This document shows, piece after piece, positions 58,673 to 64,000 of a stretch of DNA of 64,000 bases. The notes below the pieces were generated by a model, which was not told the DNA's origin, did not search any database, and saw only the letters and a list, made by a program, of their open reading frames with translations. Source of the stretch: a bacterium UBA2214. GTDB taxonomy: Bacteria > Zhuqueibacterota > Zhuqueibacteria > Residuimicrobiales > Residuimicrobiaceae. Made by a program: the position numbers and the translations under genes. Within the stretch, counting starts at the first letter, position 1, and each line of letters opens with the position of its first letter. The DNA lies in assembly GCA_002327255.1 (NCBI GenBank), contig DCUM01000165.1, positions 40,427-104,426 of the forward strand, written 5' to 3'.

Positions 58673-59578
58673 CTATCGGGAAGAGTGTTCATCGATTTCT
58701 CGCTTGGTGTTAAGGTGCGCACGGATGGCGATCCGTTTGATGCCGGCTTGTTGCACGGCGCCTTTTAGCGTTTCATCACAGAGCAGGCGCTGCTCCTCAA
58801 ATCTATGCCATTCTATACTGCCTTTGGCGCCAGTTTGCGGATGGAATGCCGGATGCACCATCCATTCGTTGACGCCGCTGCCCAGGGAGTGCAGCAAGTC
58901 CATGAAGGTTCGCTGTTTGTCCCGGCTGGCATACCAGACCATGCCGCGAAAATGGCCGGCGTGCGCAAAAGAACGATAATAGCGCCGGCTGGCCCAGAGG
59001 GCCATCAGGCCCTGCTGCAGGGCAGCGCCAAACCCGCGGCCCCCCCGGCAGCGGCCTTCACTGCGGAGCGAAAGCTGTCGCACCCACCTCAGACCATATT
59101 CGCGGGCCAGCGGCGCCACAACGGCGGCGACGCGCGGCAAGAGATGAATGTGATGGTGGCTGTCGAGATGAGCGACCTGGAGTCCCGACGTCAGCAACCG
59201 CTCCATCTGCGCCCGGAATTCTCTTTCCATCGCACCCTGAGTCACCCGCCCGGCGAGAAGGCGCTGCGTCATGATCCACTTGCCCGGAAATAGCCCATTC
59301 CCGTTGGTCATCCTGGAGGTATCCGCAGCGTGTGCAAGCGCTCCGCCCGATGTGAAGTTGAGATGCAAGCCGACGTCCCATCCTTCACAGCATGCCCATG
59401 CACAAGCCTGTTCAAAAGCCGGGCCATTGGCCATCATGGACGTGCTGGTCACCATGCCGGTCTGATAACAGCGTTTGATGCCTTCGTTGACGGCCTGAGA
59501 CGCGCCGAGATCATCGGCGTGCACCACCAGGAGCGCTTCGCCGCCGCGCCGGAAGGCCTCCGCCACGGGCGCCTCCAT
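58673..59578 (-). CDS. YdjC/ChbG/HpnK/NaxD-family carbohydrate deacetylase
   Basis: N-terminal LLVVHADDLGASQAVNEGIKRCYQTGMVTSTSMMANG is the YdjC-superfamily metal-binding signature (D-D...H). LDSHHHIH provides the second His cluster. Confidence 0.75.
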   Translation of the reverse strand: MEAPVAEAFRRGGEALLVVHADDLGASQAVNEGIKRCYQTGMVTSTSMMANGPAFEQACAWACCEGWDVGLHLNFTSGGALAHAADTSRMTNGNGLFPGKWIMTQRLLAGRVTQGAMEREFRAQMERLLTSGLQVAHLDSHHHIHLLPRVAAVVAPLAREYGLRWVRQLSLRSEGRCRGGRGFGAALQQGLMALWASRRYYRSFAHAGHFRGMVWYASRDKQRTFMDLLHSLGSGVNEWMVHPAFHPQTGAKGSIEWHRFEEQRLLCDETLKGAVQQAGIKRIAIRAHLNTKREIDEHSSR

Positions 59579-60909
59579 CAGATGTCTTTTTCCCTGGGCG
59601 TCTTTTTTGCGCCCATCTGGGCGGTAAAAAAATCGTGCAAATCATCCAGGCATTTCGCGGCATCGAACACAGCAGCGACGCGCTTGCGCGCCGCTTTGCC
59701 GATTCTGGCGGCTTTGTGCGGCGTTTCCGCCAGCTCGCGGATCACCCGGGCCAAGGCTTCGGGGCTGGTCTCCTCGAGGAGGATTCCGCTTTTGCCATCC
59801 TCGATCAGTTCGGGGATGCCCGAAACCGGCGTTGATATCACCGGGACTTCCATGGCCATGGCTTCGGCGATGACATTGGGAATGCCGTCGCGATTGCCGG
59901 TTTCGTCGATGATGCAGGGCAGCACAAAAAGTGCGGCCTCGCGGTAGCGCTCGATCACTTCACTGGGCGGCATGTAGCCGCTGATCTCGACGACATCCAT
60001 GAGATGGTTGAGGCGGATGAAGAGTTCCAGCCGCGGCCGTTCCGGGCCGTCACCGATGATCAGACATTTGAAATCAAACTGTTGATCCCGCAAAATTTTG
60101 CAGGCGTGCAGCAGGACCGCCATGCCCTTTTTGGGCACCAGCCTGCCGACGGAGAGAATGGCGGGCACGGATGTTCCCTGCCTGCGTCCGGGCGTCATGG
60201 CGCGCCAGTCGGCGCCATGGTAATTGACGAAAATTTTCTCCGCATCCAGTTCCGGAAAATGCTCGAGGAGATAACGTTTGTTGTACCGGGTACAGGTGAC
60301 AATGAATTGGGCGCGCGCCAGTTTCTTGTCGAAAATGACTTGGGGGGTGAAGATATCATAGGCGTGGGCCGTAAAACTGAAAGGGACATCGATCAGCATG
60401 GCCGCCAGCATGGCCAGGCTCGCCGCGGAATCGGCAAACTGGGCGTGAATTATGCGGTAGCCTTTGCCGAGCAACCGGAAGGCGGTCGGCACGATGAGCA
60501 CAAAATGGAGCAGCACATTCTGGCGCTGCTCCTTATCCAACTCGCGTTTATGGACAGCGACTTGCCAGAGTGAGCCGATCAACGCGGCGCCGCGCGTACG
60601 GTTGCGCCAGGCGAACCAAAAGGTGCGCCACCAGGTCCGCGGATGACGAAACAGGAAATAAAAATGCTTTTTAACCAGATCATGGGCGCGAACCGATGGA
60701 AGAATGTAGTGCGTACCCTCGATCAGCTCCGGCACTTCTTTATTCTCCAGTCCCTGCGGCGGACGGTTCAACGCATAGGTGTCCAGGGTCAGTCCGCGCG
60801 CCCGCAAACCGATCACTTCATTGATGATGAAGCGTTCGGAGAGGCCCGGGAAAAAATTGAGAAAGAGTGCGACGCGCTGTCCGGTGCGTTTTTTCCTTGC
60901 AGCACACAT
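59578..60909 (-). CDS. GT4 glycosyltransferase
   Basis: 443 aa GT-B with LPCIIDETGNRDGIPNVIAEAMAMEVPVISTPVSGIPE. Confidence 0.75.
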   Translation of the reverse strand: MCAARKKRTGQRVALFLNFFPGLSERFIINEVIGLRARGLTLDTYALNRPPQGLENKEVPELIEGTHYILPSVRAHDLVKKHFYFLFRHPRTWWRTFWFAWRNRTRGAALIGSLWQVAVHKRELDKEQRQNVLLHFVLIVPTAFRLLGKGYRIIHAQFADSAASLAMLAAMLIDVPFSFTAHAYDIFTPQVIFDKKLARAQFIVTCTRYNKRYLLEHFPELDAEKIFVNYHGADWRAMTPGRRQGTSVPAILSVGRLVPKKGMAVLLHACKILRDQQFDFKCLIIGDGPERPRLELFIRLNHLMDVVEISGYMPPSEVIERYREAALFVLPCIIDETGNRDGIPNVIAEAMAMEVPVISTPVSGIPELIEDGKSGILLEETSPEALARVIRELAETPHKAARIGKAARKRVAAVFDAAKCLDDLHDFFTAQMGAKKTPREKDI

Positions 60910-60926
60910 ATGAAAACGATCTCCCC

Positions 60927-61928
60927 CTACTCGGTGATATATTCAGAATAGCGTTTTTGATAAAAAGCGACGGTGCGGGCGATGCCGCTCTTCAAGTCAA
61001 CCTGCGGTTGCCAGCCCGTATACCGCGCCATTTTTTCGAAAGATACCACAAACTTGCGAATGTCGATGCTCTCCCGCTCCGGCGGAAACGGAACATGCAC
61101 CCAGGTGCCTTTTCCCACCCCCGCGATGACGCCGCGCACCATATCGAGAAAGATCGTCTCGATCCCCGAACCGATCATGAATACTTGCTGATTGGTCTCA
61201 GCGCACAACGCCGCGCGGACAAAGGCGTCGACCACATCATCGACGTGGATATAGTCGCGGGTCTGCAATCCGTCGCCATAGACAGTGATCGCCTTTTCGT
61301 GCATGGCATTGCGGATGAACCAGTTGAGGATGCCGTAAAATCCGTGATGCATCTGGCAACGCGGCCCGTAGACGTTGTTGAGGCGCAATGAAGTCACCGG
61401 AAATCCGTATATTTTTCCGAACAGGAAAAGATACTTCTCGGCGGCCATTTTGTTGATGCCGTAGACATCGGTGGGGTGTTGCGGATGCGCCTCGTCGACG
61501 GGCGTATAGAGCGGCTCGCCGATCTGACCGCGGCTCCCCGCGAACACGACGCGGGCGCAGCGATTGTGCGCCGCCAGGGCGCGGCAGAGATTCAGGGTGC
61601 CGTCGCAGTTGATGGCCACATCGAGCGCGGGATCGGACATCGATATCTCGCGGCCGACCTGGGCCGCGAGATGAAAAATATAATCCACTTCGAGAACATG
61701 GGTGCTGAGCAACCCATAATCGCGGACATCGCCGCGCACGAACTGCACCTGCTCCCTGATCTCCTTGATATTCGCCGGATTCCAGCCATAAGGATCCAGA
61801 CAGGCATCAAAAATGGTTACCTGGGCGCCTTCCTGAACCAGGCGCTGCGCCAGATTACTGCCGATGAAACCCAGCCCTCCGGTGATGAGTACCTTTTTGC
61901 CATTCATTTGGGAGAAATCCACCTGCAT
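60927..61928 (-). CDS. NAD-dependent sugar-nucleotide epimerase/dehydratase (SDR), paralog of the 56949-57956 gene
   Basis: Start at MQVDFSQMNGKKVLITGGLGFIGSNLAQRLV. Shares long identical blocks with the other SDR (HPQHPTDV.GINKMA.E, SLRL.N.YGPR, DGLQ/GKQ.RD..HVDDVVDAF). Confidence 0.8.
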   Translation of the reverse strand: MQVDFSQMNGKKVLITGGLGFIGSNLAQRLVQEGAQVTIFDACLDPYGWNPANIKEIREQVQFVRGDVRDYGLLSTHVLEVDYIFHLAAQVGREISMSDPALDVAINCDGTLNLCRALAAHNRCARVVFAGSRGQIGEPLYTPVDEAHPQHPTDVYGINKMAAEKYLFLFGKIYGFPVTSLRLNNVYGPRCQMHHGFYGILNWFIRNAMHEKAITVYGDGLQTRDYIHVDDVVDAFVRAALCAETNQQVFMIGSGIETIFLDMVRGVIAGVGKGTWVHVPFPPERESIDIRKFVVSFEKMARYTGWQPQVDLKSGIARTVAFYQKRYSEYITE

Positions 61929-61929
61929 G

Positions 61930-62988
61930 TCAACGCATTTCCTCGATAATATGTGCCAATGATTCGCCAATCCGCTGCAGGGTGCAGTGTTCCCTGAAGA
62001 CGCGATATCCTCCAGCCGCGATACGCTCGCGCAGTGCCGCATCCTCTCTGAGTTTGAGGATGGCTTCCGCCAACGCCGCCGGATTGGCGCGATCGATCAA
62101 ATAGACGCTTTCCCCGTGTTGCAGCAGTTCCTGCACCGGCTCATTGCGCGCTGTAATTAAAGGTTTTGCCATGGCGATGGACTCCACCACCTTGTTGGTC
62201 GTCACGCGCAAAACCCGGTCGTTATCGCCAAAAATGCCGAGGCACAAATCCGCCTGCGCGATGCGGTTCGCCAATTCGGCGTATGAGACCGGATCATAAA
62301 ACCTCACATTGGTCACATCCAATGATTTTGCCAGTCTTTGATCCTCGGCCCAGGTGATGCCGCGGCCGATGACGCGAAACTCGAGATCCTTTTCAGCGCG
62401 CAACAGGTGCGCCGCCTCGAGGATATACTTGATGCCATGGAACGGAGCATATTCACCATGGAAATGAACCAGAAATTTATCCGTATCCTTGCTGACGACG
62501 CGGGGATAAATGATGGTATCATCCACCGCCAGAAAAATGCGGCGCATCCGCGCCGGTTCCACGGCAAAGGTACGGCAGAAAAAATCGATGTGCGCCTGCG
62601 TCTCGAGGACGACGACATCCGACATGCGGTAGGAGAGCCGGTCGCTCCAGCCATAAAGACGCGCTTTGAGGCTTCCGGGTCTGGCTATGCCGCGATCATA
62701 AACCATGGTATCCAGCGTGGTGATGTACATATCGAACAGCAGCGGCTTGCGGGTCACCAGACGCACAAACGGCAACAGTATCTGACCATAAAAGCCGACG
62801 ATGACCAGGTCGCAGTGCCGGGCCTGACGCAGGACCCGCCACACCAGTCCCGGATAATGCCGGAAGGATCGATCCGGAGGAAAACAACCGATGACTTCAT
62901 ATCCCTGGCGTTCCAGGGCAGCACAGAGAATATGAGTGCGTGAATAGGAGCGTTCGCGGCCAGCCACGAAGAGAATGCGCTTTTTCAA
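61930..62988 (-). CDS. GT4-like (GT-B) glycosyltransferase
   Basis: 352 aa. [18 protein letters not shown]-terminus. C-terminal [23 protein letters not shown]. Confidence 0.65.
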   Translation of the reverse strand: MKKRILFVAGRERSYSRTHILCAALERQGYEVIGCFPPDRSFRHYPGLVWRVLRQARHCDLVIVGFYGQILLPFVRLVTRKPLLFDMYITTLDTMVYDRGIARPGSLKARLYGWSDRLSYRMSDVVVLETQAHIDFFCRTFAVEPARMRRIFLAVDDTIIYPRVVSKDTDKFLVHFHGEYAPFHGIKYILEAAHLLRAEKDLEFRVIGRGITWAEDQRLAKSLDVTNVRFYDPVSYAELANRIAQADLCLGIFGDNDRVLRVTTNKVVESIAMAKPLITARNEPVQELLQHGESVYLIDRANPAALAEAILKLREDAALRERIAAGGYRVFREHCTLQRIGESLAHIIEEMR

Positions 62989-63959
62989 ACCCTGGCACCC
63001 GGCTCTTTCTCACCCTTCTCCAGTTTTAGATCGAGCTTGCGAATGCGATAAAGGGTGCTTTCGATCAAACGACGGTTAAATCCAATCAGATCGGCGAGGA
63101 GGCCGATGATGAAAACCTGAAAACCAACGATGAGCAGGACGGCGGCAAGAATCAGGGACTGGATGTGCCCCATGCCGCCCGTGGTGATGTAAAAAAAGAG
63201 AAAGCGCAAACCGATGAGAAAGCCGGCGCCAAAGACGATCGCGCCGATGTAGGAAAACATCTTCAGGGGCTCATACATGGAATAGATGCGCGTGATGGTG
63301 GTCATGGAACGTTTGATATAATTCCAGTTGCCGCTGAAGAGACGCGATTCGCGCAGTTTGGCGTTGGTACGCACCGGCACATGGGCGATGGCGAGATTCT
63401 TTTTGCCCGCCTGGATGATGGTTTCGAGCGTATAGGTAAAACGGGACACCACATTCATCTGCAGGGCGGCTTCGCGGCTCAGTGCCCTGAATCCACTGGT
63501 TGCATCCGGAATCGCGGTGTCGGAAACCTGGCGCACCACCCAGCTGCCGAGACGCTGCAGCCGTTTTTTCGTCCAGGAAAAATGGTCAATGCCGACAGTA
63601 TTGCGGTCACCGACCACCAGCTCGGCTTCACCGCACAGGATCGGCCGCACCAGCTGGCGGATGTCTTCGCCGCAGTACTGATTGTCCGCATCGGTATTGA
63701 CGATGATATCGGCGCCGAGGCGCAGGGAAGCGTCCAGTCCCACCATGAAGCCGTTGGCCAGTCCCTTGTTCTTGGTGACACGGACGATGTGGTTCACGCC
63801 GTGGCGGCGGGCCACTTCCGCCGTGCCGTCACTGCTGCCGTCATCGATGATGAGGAATTCGATGGTATCGATGCCATCGATCTGCCGGGGCAGATCGGCC
63901 AGGGTCAGCGGCAGGGTCTCCGCTTCGTTGTAACAGGGTATTTGGATGATCAGTTTCAC
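62985..63959 (-). CDS. GT2 polyprenyl-phosphate glycosyltransferase (DPM1/GtrB/ArnC-like) with C-terminal TM helices
   Basis: [12 protein letters not shown]...[10 protein letters not shown]...NTDADNQY (DxD), plus two C-terminal TM helices ([15 protein letters not shown]...[20 protein letters not shown]) typical of lipid-phosphate sugar synthases. Confidence 0.8.
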   Translation of the reverse strand: MKLIIQIPCYNEAETLPLTLADLPRQIDGIDTIEFLIIDDGSSDGTAEVARRHGVNHIVRVTKNKGLANGFMVGLDASLRLGADIIVNTDADNQYCGEDIRQLVRPILCGEAELVVGDRNTVGIDHFSWTKKRLQRLGSWVVRQVSDTAIPDATSGFRALSREAALQMNVVSRFTYTLETIIQAGKKNLAIAHVPVRTNAKLRESRLFSGNWNYIKRSMTTITRIYSMYEPLKMFSYIGAIVFGAGFLIGLRFLFFYITTGGMGHIQSLILAAVLLIVGFQVFIIGLLADLIGFNRRLIESTLYRIRKLDLKLEKGEKEPGARV

Positions 63960-64000
63960 AGCCTAGTTAAGAATCTCCTCTATATTGTAATCCTTGATTT

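Noticed and set aside
1-64000. CRISPR arrays, integrases, transposases, phage genes
   Set aside because: No spaced direct-repeat array was found. No ORF shows recombinase or transposase signatures (DDE, tyrosine-recombinase RHRY or serine-recombinase motifs).

Overview
This is a 64-kb, roughly 62 % GC bacterial window. Every confident gene lies on the minus strand; the long plus-strand ORFs in the track are antisense shadows. The domain content points to a member of the FCB superphylum (Bacteroidota-related or a candidate phylum): type-A T9SS C-terminal sorting domains, a GWxTD protein, a PorV/PorQ-like barrel, and a SusC-like TonB receptor with a CarboxypepD_reg N-domain. This placement is inference, not a database hit.

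From left to right (read 3'->5' relative to transcription):

- Housekeeping genes (1-10.3 kb): a partial ppdK, a ctp/S41 peptidase, tmk, a MATE transporter, myo-inositol-1-phosphate synthase, panD, a CDP-alcohol phosphatidyltransferase with a complete PIP-synthase motif, and rsmI.
- An outer-membrane uptake and secretion locus (10.3-22.5 kb): a DUF4397 lipoprotein, a TonB-dependent receptor, a 1107-aa T9SS cargo protein, a PorV-like barrel, a GWxTD protein and an S8 peptidase.
- A 0.7-kb AT-rich non-coding leader (22.5-23.2 kb).
- engB-clpX-clpP-tig, then a tRNA-Leu(TAG).
- A secreted protein with a glycoside-hydrolase-like domain.
- From about 30.1 kb to the window edge, one co-directional glycan-assembly locus of roughly 34 kb and about 28 genes. 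It carries four GT2 polyprenyl-phosphate sugar synthases, a YdjC/NaxD-type deacetylase coupled to one of them, six GT-C-type membrane transferases (five PMT/ArnT-like plus one DUF2142), six GT4 enzymes, two Wzx flippases, a Wzy/O-antigen-ligase-like protein, a DegT aminotransferase, two paralogous SDR sugar-nucleotide enzymes, a NodU-type carbamoyltransferase, a SAM methyltransferase and an MBOAT/DltD-like O-acylation pair. This locus is the most unusual feature in the window.

No CRISPR array, integrase or transposase was seen.
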